DNA from: Podospora anserina
Taxonomy: Eukaryota
Length of the DNA: 64,000 nucleotides
NCBI GenBank assembly: GCA_017654855.1
Contig: CM030332.1
Location: 434,001-498,000, forward strand
Direction: 5' to 3'
Of the stretch, positions 21,914-33,988 are shown one piece after another. Numbering within the stretch: position 1 is the first letter of the stretch; each line of letters starts with the position of its first letter. The notes below the pieces were generated by a model that made no database searches, was not told the origin of the DNA, and worked only from the letters and a program-made list of their open reading frames with translations. A program made the position numbers and the translations under genes.

Positions 21914-23794
21914 TCAAACAACATAACGCCCGTCGTCGTCCTCCTTCTCCTCAGTGAAATCATCCCCCCAGTCTTCAATCGCCTCCCAGTCCTCGGTCGT
22001 CCGCTTGAAAATCCCGTCGTCATCATCCCCCTCGATGAGCTGGCGGTTGGTGATCAGCACCCCGTCTTCTTGCTCGTCAAACTCCACGCCGGAGTCGGAG
22101 TCTGAGTCTTCGTCAAAGCTCAAGCTCGCAAAGTCATCGTGCTCGATGCCGCAGTGCTCGCAATATGTAGCCTGGAAGTCGGGGGTGGAGAGGACCTCCC
22201 ATTCTTGTTCGGAGTCGGAGTCGATGGGTCGGTCGTTGCTGTACACGTTTGGTTCATTTGGGGGGGTCGTCGGCTTAGGGGGCTGAGGCTCGGACGTGGG
22301 AGAGGGGCTGGGCTCGAGCGTTGGAGGCATCGTGGACTCGGTCTTTTTCTGGTTGCCCATAGGCACCTCGCTACCCATGAATCGAGACCGACGATCAGGG
22401 TTGTACGCCGAGATGTGACCGGTCACCGCCGGAACAGCCTTGGGCATTAGCTTCAGCTCGGCCTGAGGCTCAAGTTTGACCTTCAGCGGCAGCTTCGCTT
22501 CGGCTGCACGATGAGCAACAATGACGGAAGTGTCAGGCTCAACTTGAATCTCATGCCGTAACTTTGAAGGACGAGGCGTTGACCTCTTGGTTGTCTCGCC
22601 GACAGACCAAGCGTCGTCCTCACGACCGACTCCGAACTGGCGCTCAAACCCGGTCGTAAGGGGGACTTTGGGCTGGAGGAGCGGTGTGGCGCGATTTGGT
22701 GAAAGTCTAACAATCGGTTTTGCCTTGGCCTCAATTTCACGCTGAGAATCGAGAACACTTTTCGTCTCGAGGTTGCTGTCGGGTAGATTTATATAGATGG
22801 GTGTTTCTCTGTGTCTGAGAGGAGGTAATTGCCGCAACGAGTCCCTCGGGGTCCCAGGGGTCGCGTCGACAGGGTTCCAGTTGTGGGTACGATCCTTGGT
22901 GGACTCGGCGGGTGTAGCCTTGTCGTCGGCAAGAGTCGGACTGCAGAAGGGGGGCAGTGGAAGGGACTTGGTCGTCATCGAGGAGAGCGTGCTCGTCTTC
23001 GTTGTCATCGTTGGCGTCAAGGTGATGGGTTGCTCTTCTCTGGCCAAGGACGGGACATACCTGCCCATTGCAATGCTCTCGGCCGTCTCGAAAGATTGAA
23101 TGTGCTTGGGTTTTGGTGGTGGTGGTGGTGGTGGAAGAGGCCCTGCAGTTTTGGCAGTGTTCTTCATCTGGCTCTCAATGGCAGCACAAAGCTCGAAAAA
23201 GTCAGTGTCTGAAGGTGTGAGGGCGAGCCCTGAAGAGACTCGGCTTTTGGGCTTTGGCTTGTATCCGCCCTTAGCGAGGATCTGGTGAAGAACTTTGCGA
23301 TCGAGACGAGGGGCGTCCCATTTTCGCTGCAAAATATCAGCCAGCTTTACTGGGGCTGTGCCGCTGAGTGATGGCTCATCGTTGTTTGAGCCTTTCTGTG
23401 CGGTGGTCATCTTCAGTGCATGTAGCTTGAATGCAATCCGGTTTCTCAGTCGGTAGAGTTTGTATACTTCCTCCTCTACTGGGGACAACACGTTGGATTT
23501 GACGTGTCCGCCCGAGGTCTGAGCAGCGTCGTTACCGGTCAAATACCAGTTCTGCAACTGAAAAAGGAGCTCTATGTATTGTCTGAGCTCGTGCATCTGC
23601 TCCTTTGGGGGCTTCTGGGCCGATCCCGATGGCGAAGATGGTTGCTGGGCCTTCGTTGAATCAGTGGTGCTATCCCTGTTCAGCACGCTTCGGACACTCT
23701 GGGTCGGAGGCCCATTGGATCTCCAGCTCTGTCCATTGACCACATGGGGTTTTTTAGCATGCGATTTGCTTCTCCACTTGATGGAATAGGACAT
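21914..23794 (-). CDS. Hypothetical low-complexity protein (Pro/Thr-rich, acidic C-terminus)
   Basis: 626-aa open frame with good start context (CACA-ATG). No recognisable domain. Confidence 0.7.
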   Translation of the reverse strand: MSYSIKWRSKSHAKKPHVVNGQSWRSNGPPTQSVRSVLNRDSTTDSTKAQQPSSPSGSAQKPPKEQMHELRQYIELLFQLQNWYLTGNDAAQTSGGHVKSNVLSPVEEEVYKLYRLRNRIAFKLHALKMTTAQKGSNNDEPSLSGTAPVKLADILQRKWDAPRLDRKVLHQILAKGGYKPKPKSRVSSGLALTPSDTDFFELCAAIESQMKNTAKTAGPLPPPPPPPKPKHIQSFETAESIAMGRYVPSLAREEQPITLTPTMTTKTSTLSSMTTKSLPLPPFCSPTLADDKATPAESTKDRTHNWNPVDATPGTPRDSLRQLPPLRHRETPIYINLPDSNLETKSVLDSQREIEAKAKPIVRLSPNRATPLLQPKVPLTTGFERQFGVGREDDAWSVGETTKRSTPRPSKLRHEIQVEPDTSVIVAHRAAEAKLPLKVKLEPQAELKLMPKAVPAVTGHISAYNPDRRSRFMGSEVPMGNQKKTESTMPPTLEPSPSPTSEPQPPKPTTPPNEPNVYSNDRPIDSDSEQEWEVLSTPDFQATYCEHCGIEHDDFASLSFDEDSDSDSGVEFDEQEDGVLITNRQLIEGDDDDGIFKRTTEDWEAIEDWGDDFTEEKEDDDGRYVV

Positions 23795-24381
23795 TGTGAT
23801 CTAGACGATGCCAGCTTCCAAACTGTCGCCAGGAGCGTTGGTTGTGGAAGAAAGAAATGTCGTTGGTTGCGGAAAAGGTGAAAGAGCGGAGAAATGCAGA
23901 CCTGCGGTGAAATTGGATTTAAACATACGTGGCTCCGGAACGAGAGGGGGTGCCTTCGTGGGAGATGGCGCGCCTCGCCCAGCAAACCTCGCCGCTCGGG
24001 AACCCGGAAAGCATGATTTACTGCCAACGGTCCGCACTCATTGAAGATTAAACATGGAAAAGTATGGAGAACTATCATCGTGTCCCAATCACCCACAATA
24101 TGTCTTGTTCCAATTCTCACTCAGTGGCAACCTTGGATAGTGGAGGCTTACCCTTGGACGATGAAAGTCAAATAAAAAGATACATAGAGAGCTGATGTAG
24201 ACTGCACACAAGATCGCGGCAATTTATTACCAGAGGAGAGCGCAGGACTTTCAACCCAAATATTTCCCATCACATGACTCGTTTCGTAGTGGTGATGTGG
24301 CTAGAGTTGGTATGAGCCAGGCTGAGACTTTCAACGCCATCAAAAACCCAAGGGCCAATACGTGCTTTCAGCTGATCCACA

Positions 24382-24642
24382 TCAAGTTTCTTTTGTGTCC
24401 ATATCCTCCACTCCGTCTTCCCCATCCTTCTCTTCATTCTCCCCATCGTCCTGCCCTTTCCCGCCAAAAGAAAGCCCGTCCAGCACCTTGTTTAGCTTTT
24501 TCATCTCGGCCCTGTTTTTTCGGTGCCATCTTCGTATGGCCGCCTTTTTGTCGAGTTTTGTACCGTCTTTTCCAACGCCGAGCGCGTTTGTGCTAGCAGA
24601 ATCCAGTTCGCTGCCGCTCTTGTTCGGGTTCACAGGTGCCAT
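24382..24642 (-). CDS. Small charged hypothetical protein (86 aa)
   Basis: GAAA-ATG-G context; basic helix followed by an acidic tail. No homology recognised. Confidence 0.45.
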   Translation of the reverse strand: MAPVNPNKSGSELDSASTNALGVGKDGTKLDKKAAIRRWHRKNRAEMKKLNKVLDGLSFGGKGQDDGENEEKDGEDGVEDMDTKET

Positions 24643-26065
24643 TTTCAGTGTGTTTTCTTTTTCTGCGCATCCACGTTAGTATTTTCTGTGCTTCTGTTTC
24701 TTTCTTCTTGCTCCTTTTTGGGACTAATCTAGAGATTTTAGTGCTTACTTGATGGTTTGATACCAAGAGGTTTTGCTAGCGGTGTGTGCAGTGGCTCGGT
24801 GCTGATCTTGGATAGCTAGACGGTAGGTGAAGATATTGTGGTGTTGGTGGGATGTGTCAGAGGTTGGCAACAACGGTGAGAGATTAATCCATATACTAAA
24901 TGAAAATCAGGATGGCACAGTTCAATGCCCAGTGACAGGGAAAGTGGATTCTCTCAATACTGATAAGCTTTTTTCTTGCCATAGTGCGGCTCCCTTTAGG
25001 GTGCTCTTAACTCTTGATTGCCTTGTGACTTGAAAGCTGAGATGACTCCTGTATTCACTCATTGCACTCACTCTCAAGTCCACTAGTCCACCAGTCCACC
25101 TCACCTACGTGATCATCTTTCTCTTCCCCTGAATTACAATATTCACTCGTGACTTTTGAAATGCCAGTTCGTGGGCACATTCTCTCGAAATTTTGTTCAA
25201 ATTTTGCGGCGCTTGAAACTCCACAGGACATGAGATGCAAGCCTCGAGTCTCCTGTAATTCGTCTGGGAATCCACCTCTTGACGAGAGTGACGATGGGTG
25301 GCCAGAGATGGGTGACACAGCTGAAGTATCCACCCAGGCTGGACCTTGCGGGTGCTTTGAAATTTGCTGCAGCACAGGAATTTGGCATACATGGATTTGA
25401 CTTGTTATTTTTGCTGAAACATACCGACAACAGCTCAGCTTTATAAGGTCTGGTGCAGTCCTATACTGGGTATGCAGAGGAAGACAAAATCGTGCCTGAA
25501 CATTTAAATCAACAGTTAGAAACCCCCTTGCGGATAGACCGATGTTCCAGATGTTAGTGTGAGACATAAGGCCTGTTATAGGTACGCGGAGTGGATTAGA
25601 AATCAAAACATATGCCTGATGCTCTTTTCGCGTCAGGTTCCGTTTCTGGTAGTTCAGTGCGGTATAAGTGAGTGGGTCCGGTCAGGAAATCTGACGTCAT
25701 CACAGATCTGTACTCCCACCAGGTCCTCGTTTCAACCGACTGGTAGATGTGCGACTTCGGACTGCAGTGCCGTGAGGGCTTCTCCGGGGCTCCGGACTCT
25801 CAAGAGCATTGAACAAATCAGCTGGACATGGTCGGCTACGAGTCAACACAGTGATAGACCATTGTCCGCGTTGTTGCCGGTGCCAAGTACCCCACATGCA
25901 TGTCAGTTCAAGGGCGAGCCCGTTGCTACCATACCCCACCGCCGTCTGGATCGCGTGTCAAACATATAAACCGCCCCCTCATCGCCATCAGAACCCCGCC
26001 AAGATCGAATATCTTTCCTCATATTCTTCCCCCGCATTGCGTAGTCAACTTTGATCCTCGACACA

Positions 26066-26911
26066 ATGGCGAACCAACAACAAGTTATTCTCTTTGACCT
26101 TCCCAGCCAGCCCCCTTGCAAGGCTTGGTCATTGAACCCCTGGAAGAGTGAGTCTTGACCCTCAAGATGAAGTTTGACCTATCGTTGACATTATCATTCT
26201 AGCCCGTCTCCTCCTCAACTTCAAGAACATCCCCTACAAGACAGAATGGCTCGAGTATCCCGACATCGCTCCCCGTCTCTCCCCTCAGTGCGTCTTTTCC
26301 TCCGCTGCAACATTGTCCTTTTCCTTTACTAACACCGCCTTAGCCTGCCGCCTAACGAGGAAGGATCAGCCTACACCATCCCCACCGTCATCCTCCCCTC
26401 GGGCAAATACGTGACCGACAGCAAGGTCATTGCTGAGAAGCTCCAGGCCCTCTACCCCACCCCGCACATCGACCTCGCCTCTCCTTACCAAGCCAAAATG
26501 GAAGAACTCATGCCGCAGCTTATGAAGAGCTTCAGGCCAGTCTACCTGCCGCTCATTCCCAAAAGCTTGTTGAACGAGAAGAGCCGGCCGTATTGGTATG
26601 ACACGCGAGGCAAGCTGTTGGGAATGGAGGTGGATGATTTTGGCAGGGAGAATGGCGGGGAGAAGACATGGGGGAAGGTTGAGCCAGTTGTGAAGGCGGT
26701 CACGGCGTTGATGAAAGAGAATCCAAATGGGCCGTTTTTTGAGGGGAAACAGGTGGTGTATGCGGATCTTGTGTGGGGGGCATTTCTGATTTTCTTGAAG
26801 AGGATGGATCAGGGGGTGTTTGACGAGATGCTGAAGAGGAGTGGTGATAAGGCGGTGCACGAGGCGCTCTTGAAGGGGTTGGAGAAGTGGACTGATAGGG
26901 ATGACCAGTGA
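26066..26911 (+). CDS. Glutathione S-transferase (fungal GSTFuA/UstS/etherase-like class)
   Basis: Three exons; introns 26148-26202 and 26288-26343 have canonical signals. WSLNPWKTRLLLNFKNIPYKTEWLEYPDI, YTIPTV...TDSKVIAEKL, GPFFEGKQVVYADLVW. Confidence 0.92.
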
Positions 26912-27598
26912 GGGCGAGGTTGAAGATGAAGATGTATTGAGAGCTAGTATCTGCTCAATATCAAAGTCTTCCTTCCAAAATAGCCCCTCTTTTCAAAGAT
27001 GTTTTTCGCAACGATGCCTTAATGCAATATATAGTGAAGCAGGCCACAGATCGCTTGCCAAGAGAGACAGATCAACCTTCGACAATTTGGCTTCCCCAAA
27101 GGCTTTTCGTCATTGCTTTCTCGCCTTCCTCGGTCCATAGTGACTGAGCTTTATTTCTGTGGAAAGGTGGAGCTGGTCTGGGCCCTGCCGAGCTCATCAG
27201 AGCTCGATTACTCTCAGATATTAAATAGTCTCAGAGCCCTAAAAAAGACAGTTAAATTAACACCGGTTATACTCACGTAGGCTTTATTTTAACTATTTGG
27301 TAGTGGAAAAGATAATGTAGTGGTTATATGTAGCAAGAAAAGCTTGCACTTTCACAGCACCTTTTCCATTACCTAGTAGGCCTACCTGGATACACGTGAC
27401 GAACCCCTATCCAGAACCTCTGAAAAGAATACTAGTCGAAGGCGCTTCTGAACAATCATGGTTCGGTACAGCTAAACAGTGTACAACAATGGCTTGTCTC
27501 AATCACAATAGTCAAGATACCAACGAATGTGACTTGTAATTGCATACTGCGGAACTGTCTATCTACACCGGCCAGTTCCTCCGTATATATATCCCAGT

Positions 27599-27698
27599 GG
27601 ATCACCTGGATCACCATGCCAAGCGTGATCCTGGATCACTTCTCCCAGCGTAGGCTCACCATGGATCACCCCCGGCACCTTAGGATCACTTGGATCAC
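27599..27698. repeat. Cluster of GGATCAC heptamers
   Basis: Exact copies at 27599, 27608, 27633, 27663, 27683 and 27692; a reverse copy at 27625; a one-mismatch copy at 27653. Confidence 0.7.
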
Positions 27699-28064
27699 CA
27701 CGCTCCTGGCGCTCCCAGGCGCTCCACTTCCTATTGGTTCCCGTAGCAATTGGCTGGCACCTCCCGTGCTCCACATACTGTTCAACCTGCCTGTTGGCTT
27801 AACTGTGACACCAGCACAGAGTAGCACATCCCTACACACCCTTACACAGGCCAAAGCCGGTGCTGAACCGGCCCAGCACCGGTCCACTCACGAAGAAGGT
27901 AATTCTCAAAGTCGACATTCGGAACAGGAACTAGGATGAAACCCTTCAGAAGACTAACAAATGTCCAACTTCCGCTCACAAAAAAAACCCCCATGTCTGC
28001 CAATCATGCATTTCTTTCCTTGCACTTCTCACTCCTTCTATTCCAATCACGGTCACGAAACCAC

Positions 28065-29480
28065 TCAGTCAAAGATATGTCCAAGTGCGGTCTCGCATCC
28101 AGGGTGTTCCGGGGATCCGGACCCACAGCAAGAGTACTTGGAATCTCCTTCCTCAATCTCCGGATCGCCGTGAGCAGAGCAGCGAACAAAGCGACTGGTT
28201 GCGAACATGCCTGTTGTTGAAAAGGCAAGTTAGTATTTCGTGGTTGAAGAAAGGTAGAAACAGATGTGTGTTTGTTGTGGAGGTCGCGAAGGTATGAGCT
28301 GTGAGCCAATGAAGCAAGCAAACGCCAGACCATCAGATGTGGCGCAATGAGTCTATATATGATATAGTATTCACTCTGGAGAACTGATGGAACTAGGAAG
28401 CCTTCTCATCTTCCATCAACCTTCTACCACGGCCTATCCCACTGTGTCGCCATAAATCTATCGTCCCCACATTATCTGACTCTCCAAACTCATCTCCACA
28501 TACCAGAGTGCCACACACAGGTGTTCTCATCGACCGTTCTCTCCCCTTGGCTGTCAAAGGTCTTCATGCACCGTTGGCACTGGACCTGCTTCACTTCCAG
28601 GTTCATCTGGAAGTACTTGGTGGGGGTGTCAGGGACGGCGGCAGCGCGCTTCTGGGCCTCGAGTGTCGCGGCTCCATCATTCAGACTATGGGTGAGAAGG
28701 TCCTTCCTCTCCTTGAGTTCGATTCTCGCGCGCTTCAACCCACGTCTGTCGAGAAGCTCGAGCTTGCGCTTGGTTTGAGGGTTGATTGAAGCCAGAGGGG
28801 TAACCTTGGGCTGAGCGGTGATGGGGAAAAGAACGCCCGGTTTGGGAACAGGAGAGGAGGGTTCTGTGGTGGAAAAGAATTTACACATCAAGATCAGTTC
28901 AGAAGAAGAGGATTGGAGGAAACAAACTGCTGCTGGGGATCTTCGGGGAAGAGCCGGCACCTCTGGTCTTCTTCAGAGCCTTGGCACGACGTGATGAGGG
29001 GGTGATGGTATCAGCGATGAGGCTATCAACATCCATCCCGTCGAATGGAGGAGTGGCGTCTTGGTCGGAATTGATGTGGTCGTCAGCCTCATTGGCCTTG
29101 GTGTGGACAGCCTTGTTGGTGGTAGGCTCCACGGCAGCGACAGCCTCGTTGACCGTATCGATCTGAGGGATCACATCGTTCTCTTGGTCATGATTGCTTG
29201 AGGAGGAGGACGTCCAAAGAATGGTCTCCTTGTCGAGTGAGGGACGCGGGGTGTCACCGGGGGCGTACACCCAGTTGGGAGGGTAGTAGACGGGGGTGGG
29301 TTTGCTACGACCACCACAGCTGATTGGGCCTGTGGCATAGTAGTAGCGGTTGTACTTCTCCGCCTTTTCCTTCGCAGCGAGATTGGCGACGGGCTTCTTG
29401 TAAGTGAGGTCTTCCTCGTCACGGGGGTAGCGGGTCGAACCTCCGGATTCAATTTCGGCGAGGAGGTCGCTAACCCCCAT
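28065..29480 (-). CDS. Hypothetical protein (~341 aa) with a C-terminal Cys/His zinc-binding module (REXO1/Rex3 N-terminal-like pattern)
   Basis: Exons 29480-28961, 28863-28504 and 28210-28065 join in phase. C-terminus: CQRC...CVWHSG...YSCCGSGSPEHPGCETALGHIFD*. Confidence 0.78.
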
Positions 29481-30128
29481 CTTGAAACTTTGTCGACACA
29501 GTATTTACTTGTAATACGAAGGTAGAGACGGTAACACTAACAAGTATTGGATCAAACAAGTCACTCCTTGTGAAAGTATGAACAAAGGACCTCAGATGAA
29601 GACCTACGGGAAAAAGTCGCAGGAAAAATTGAGAGGACTAGAAAGGAAAGAAGGAAAATTCGTGGGTGGTGGGAATGAAGGAAATGTGGGGCTTCAAGGC
29701 AGCAGACGACGACATGGTCGTGTTTAGCAGGCCGAGAGGGCCATTCAGTGATTGTATAGTGGTTAGTGGGAGCAAGTAGGCCTGTAAGTCCCTGTAGAAC
29801 TCAACTGCCAGGCTGTGACCGTGACTGTTTGAATCACTTGGGGCTGCCCAATCTCCTATAGAAACACAGGTGCAAGCCATCTCCCTGATAGAGGTTCAGT
29901 CAACTACATATTTTAAGCACAGATCATCTTTTCATGACGGCTTTTCTGAGTACATTTTCTTCATCACACTATGTGTACGTCACAACTTTACACAACCCAT
30001 GGATATAAGATGTCCTTCAGTCGCAATGATAGAGGCCCGAATGATTACTGGATGAATTTCCCCAAAGATAGACAACTGTGATGTTTATTTACATACCAAT
30101 GAGGTTATTGCCGCTCCAAGCCGAGAAT

Positions 30129-31751
30129 TTACTGCAAGCTCCTCCTCACATCCCTCCACCAACTCTGCTCCTTGCTCCAATCACCACCAATACACCTGGC
30201 ACCCGACCTCATGGGAGGATTGTCAGTCGGTCCCAAAATCGAATCCATATACTCTAACAACTCCTTCAAAGCATCCTTTTCCCTCTCCCCAAACTCATCC
30301 ACCAACTCCTGCTCCGGTTCCTTCTGACTAACCACCCTCGACCTCCTCCACTCTTCCCTCCCATCCAAATCATGAGCCACGCACGTCTCCGAATAGATAA
30401 CACTATTAAAGCTATCCATCCTCTCCGCCTTTTCCTCGTTCACTTCCACCAGCTGCCTCTCCCTCCCCTGTCCCCTCGTCCCATGACCACTCTTAGGATC
30501 CATCCTCGCATACATCTCTGCCATATTCACCTCCCCCGATTTCCTCGGCCCCGTCGGCAGAATCTTACTCCACGGCGGCAACGACACCGGCCTCTCTCCC
30601 CCAGCAGAAAACCCATTCCCCGCCACCCGAGGACTCATACCATCCTTCCCATTCAAGCTCCTCACCCCACCACAAACCGCACTCGACCGTTTCAACGCCT
30701 TCTCTTTCTGCACCCACTCCGAGTCCCTAGACCCCTTCTTCGGACTCTGACTAGGCAAAACAGCCCTTGCATCATCCTCCTCGCCATACCCAATAGGCGA
30801 CTGCACCAGACGCTGCTGATTCGTCACAGGCGGGTATTTATACTGCGAGAGGAAACTCCCCATCGTCATGGCCGAGTCAGGCGGCGTCTTACCACCCTTG
30901 CTCATCACGGCAAGAAAATCGTCGTCTTCAAAAGAGGGGCCGTTCATGTTCCTCTCTAGCCTCAGCGCCAGAAAGGGGGTTTCTGGCTCGACGACGATAG
31001 GGGCATCATTCAAGAAGGGGGCGCCCGGGTTGAGCTTGTTGCCTGTTCCGTAGGGTGCAGAGGCCAGAAATGGGGTTTCGGGGATTGGTTCGGCTGGTTT
31101 GGTGGATTTGCGACGGTCCCGGCTTTTGCTCCTGCTTCGGGCTCGCTTGATGACCTGGGAGAGGCGGCGGGTGGTGGAGGAGGAGTTGGGGGGGTAGTTG
31201 CTGAGGGGGACAGGGGGGACGGGTGGGAGGTCCGGGATGGGGATGGGGACCGGTCTGATGACTGGGCATTGGGCGGAGGATACCCTTTGTGAAGAGGGAT
31301 CTGTTGCTGGTTTGTGGTAGACTCGTTCGTGTTGGTAGTGTTGGTAGGGGGGTTGATGAGGTCTTTGGGGTTGTCGCTTTTGGATTGATTGGTCCGACGA
31401 GGTTTTCTTCAGCGTGATTGCCCCTGGGACGGAGATGACTTGGAGTTGAAGAAGCAAAGCTTGGTGTGAGGAGTTTCTTCGGGGTATGACCAGCGGGGGG
31501 AGATTGTCGTGGCGCATTTTTTCCTTTTTCTGCGTGGGCTTTGAAGTCGCATCGGAAAGGGATGACGATGAATCTCGCGGTCGAAGAGAAAAACGGGGTA
31601 TGCTGAAGCGTTTAGATGGCATTTCGGTTTGATTTGGTCCTGGTGTTCGTGGAACCCGTAAGGAAAGCGGAACTTCAAATTGGGCCCAGTATTCCCCACT
31701 AAGCGGCAGGGTCTTTTTATGAGTGTTTATTGTGTCGGTTGTTGTTGCCAT
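30129..31751 (-). CDS. Hypothetical disordered Pro/Ser/Arg-rich protein
   Basis: Long single open frame; first ATG in CACA-ATG-G context at 31751. No recognisable domain. Confidence 0.7.
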   Translation of the reverse strand: MATTTDTINTHKKTLPLSGEYWAQFEVPLSLRVPRTPGPNQTEMPSKRFSIPRFSLRPRDSSSSLSDATSKPTQKKEKMRHDNLPPLVIPRRNSSHQALLLQLQVISVPGAITLKKTSSDQSIQKRQPQRPHQPPYQHYQHERVYHKPATDPSSQRVSSAQCPVIRPVPIPIPDLPPVPPVPLSNYPPNSSSTTRRLSQVIKRARSRSKSRDRRKSTKPAEPIPETPFLASAPYGTGNKLNPGAPFLNDAPIVVEPETPFLALRLERNMNGPSFEDDDFLAVMSKGGKTPPDSAMTMGSFLSQYKYPPVTNQQRLVQSPIGYGEEDDARAVLPSQSPKKGSRDSEWVQKEKALKRSSAVCGGVRSLNGKDGMSPRVAGNGFSAGGERPVSLPPWSKILPTGPRKSGEVNMAEMYARMDPKSGHGTRGQGRERQLVEVNEEKAERMDSFNSVIYSETCVAHDLDGREEWRRSRVVSQKEPEQELVDEFGEREKDALKELLEYMDSILGPTDNPPMRSGARCIGGDWSKEQSWWRDVRRSLQ

Positions 31752-33072
31752 TGTGGTGATGTATTCAGGGGTATTTTGGTTCTGCACTGATGCGTCCAAG
31801 ACTTGGTAGCAATGGGCCACCGGCAAAGCGGCAGAAGGAAGTAAAAAGGGGGGCGGTAGCGTTGATATAACCTTTCACCCGTCCTTTTCAAATCACTCAC
31901 CAAACGGGGGCTTAGACAAATTCACCCGACAAACGTTGCCCCGACTTGATGTGAATATAGACGGCTTGGTTTTAGTAGGTGGAACGGCTGAGGTAGAAAC
32001 CGATCAAGAGCCGACAGAGTGGGAAGCGCCACTTTTACATCCTCATCTTGTAATGAGTGTGCGGAGAATTGGTGTGGCTCAGTCCCTTACGATCCTCACT
32101 TGACAAAGAACGGAGCCGGGAATATCTTGCGCGCATTAGTCGTGGCGGGCTCTGAGAGGGCCGGGGCACAAGGCCAAAACTAACAAAAAGGCCCATGGGG
32201 CTAAGATCAGCCGCGCCCCCGACCGCAATGGCGAATACGCAATGGCAACTCAGGATCCGGGGCAGTGGACGATGACGAGGGAGCCAAATGCACGACGGGA
32301 GGTGGGAAATCCGGTTGCTCAGCCTCCTCCGCCGTGGAGCCAACATGTCAGCACTCAACAGCACTTTGACAGATCTTGACAACAATGATATTAAGCTTTG
32401 AGTATTTACAATGATTTCTACTTTGCCCTTTACAACTCATTTCTCTCACCTCGACCAGTATTTTCTGAGTTGCTCTGATGTTTATGGTTGGGCCCAACAG
32501 TCTGGTCGAGACTGTTGGACCCAAGTGCATCTTGGTTCTTTGTTGGTTTGCACAGCCCCCTTTTTGATCGCCAGGCCGCGCCAGCCAAACCTTGTTTCTA
32601 CCGCCATCAACCCTGACCCTGAAATGTAATTTTTTTTCCAAATGTGAGATCCGAGTAGTACCTGGGTTGTCGGACCGAGAACTAATGACTTTCTTGCTGT
32701 TTCTTGAGTGTCTGTGGGAACTTTGAACAGCCAGTTCTGGGTTGGGCACAAGTCAACTTCACACCAGCAGGGAATCAAAAGCACGGTAAGAAGGCCACAA
32801 GCAGCCATGGAACAAGTTGTCTTGTTGGACTATATAAGCAAGGCCAGCCAGTTCTGTTTCATCCTGGCTTCCACCCAGCTTGTCCTCCCCCAAGCTCCAT
32901 CTCTGAATTCATGACAAAAGAAAAGCCGGCAGTATGTGCCAAGTCGCAGGTCTGCTTCAAGCAGGCCAAGATGTAATAAGCAAGAAAAGGAAAAGTAGGG
33001 TATCGTATCCAAAAGCCCACCACGCCTTGCCATGATGTATGCCCGAGAACACCCCGATCCCGCCAAACCAGA

Positions 33073-33073
<1 letters not shown>

Positions 33074-33114
<41 letters not shown>

Positions 33115-33115
33115 G
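33074..33115. repeat. (TTG)14 microsatellite
   Basis: Perfect trinucleotide run just downstream of the gene ending at 33206. Confidence 0.95.
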
Positions 33116-33205
33116 AAAAATCACCAACGCCCGTCGCTAAACCAAAATCCATCAAACCCATTTTTCCACCATCTTGAAAGTCGTGCAAAAAGACAAAAAC
33201 ACTAG

Positions 33206-33988
33206 TCACCACCACACATCCCTTGCTCTTTTCTGCCCAGCGTGGCCAACACCAAGTCCGTTCACCTGTCCGTTATTGGGGCCGTGATTCATCCTGCTGT
33301 ATCCTCCCTGTCCTCCGGGACCAGTCGGGCTGCCCCTCACGCTGCCTCTCGGGCTCGTCACGGTCGAGCTGGTCTTTCCTCCGCTAGCGGCATACCCGCC
33401 ATACCCGGCACCCGCGTGAAACCCAGCATTCAACCCCTGAACTGGACCGCCCTGCTGCCACGGACCACCACTACCAGGTCTGGCTTGCTGCTGATGTTGC
33501 TGAAGATCCTCCAGGAGATTGATCAACTTCGCCTTGTTCCACAGCCTCCTCACATGCAGCTGCTTCACGTCGTCGTAAGGGTTGGGAGGTACCAACTCAA
33601 AGAGGAGCATGCTCTCAGCCCACTTGGTGGCCACTTGCTCGTCCGCGTCGATGAAGCTGAAGGTCACGGCATCCTCGTCGTCGGGTAACCGGCAGGTGAT
33701 GAACCAGGTGATGAAGGAGGGGAGGAAGAATGTGACTTCCTTTGTGGTAGGGGAGAACTGAGGAGCGCGGTGGTAGCCGCTCAGAGGATTGCTGTGAAGT
33801 GTGCGGTATGGGTTGTGGTTGTTGAGCTGTGGGGAGTGGTGTGGGGAAAAGGAGGATGCTCGTTGTTGTTGCCGGGCGTCTTCCGCTTTGAGGTAGGAGG
33901 CGTAGGCGGCTGCCACGGTTTTGTGAGAGAAGACGAGGCTGACCCGGTCATCTGTGACCGAGACGTCGACTGATACTAGATTTGGCAT
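33206..33988 (-). CDS. Hypothetical protein with Gly/Gln-rich C-terminus
   Basis: Open frame with fungal codon bias. First ATG at 33988 (MPNLVSVDVSVTDDRVSLVF); the frame stays open further upstream. Confidence 0.7.
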   Translation of the reverse strand: MPNLVSVDVSVTDDRVSLVFSHKTVAAAYASYLKAEDARQQQRASSFSPHHSPQLNNHNPYRTLHSNPLSGYHRAPQFSPTTKEVTFFLPSFITWFITCRLPDDEDAVTFSFIDADEQVATKWAESMLLFELVPPNPYDDVKQLHVRRLWNKAKLINLLEDLQQHQQQARPGSGGPWQQGGPVQGLNAGFHAGAGYGGYAASGGKTSSTVTSPRGSVRGSPTGPGGQGGYSRMNHGPNNGQVNGLGVGHAGQKRARDVWW

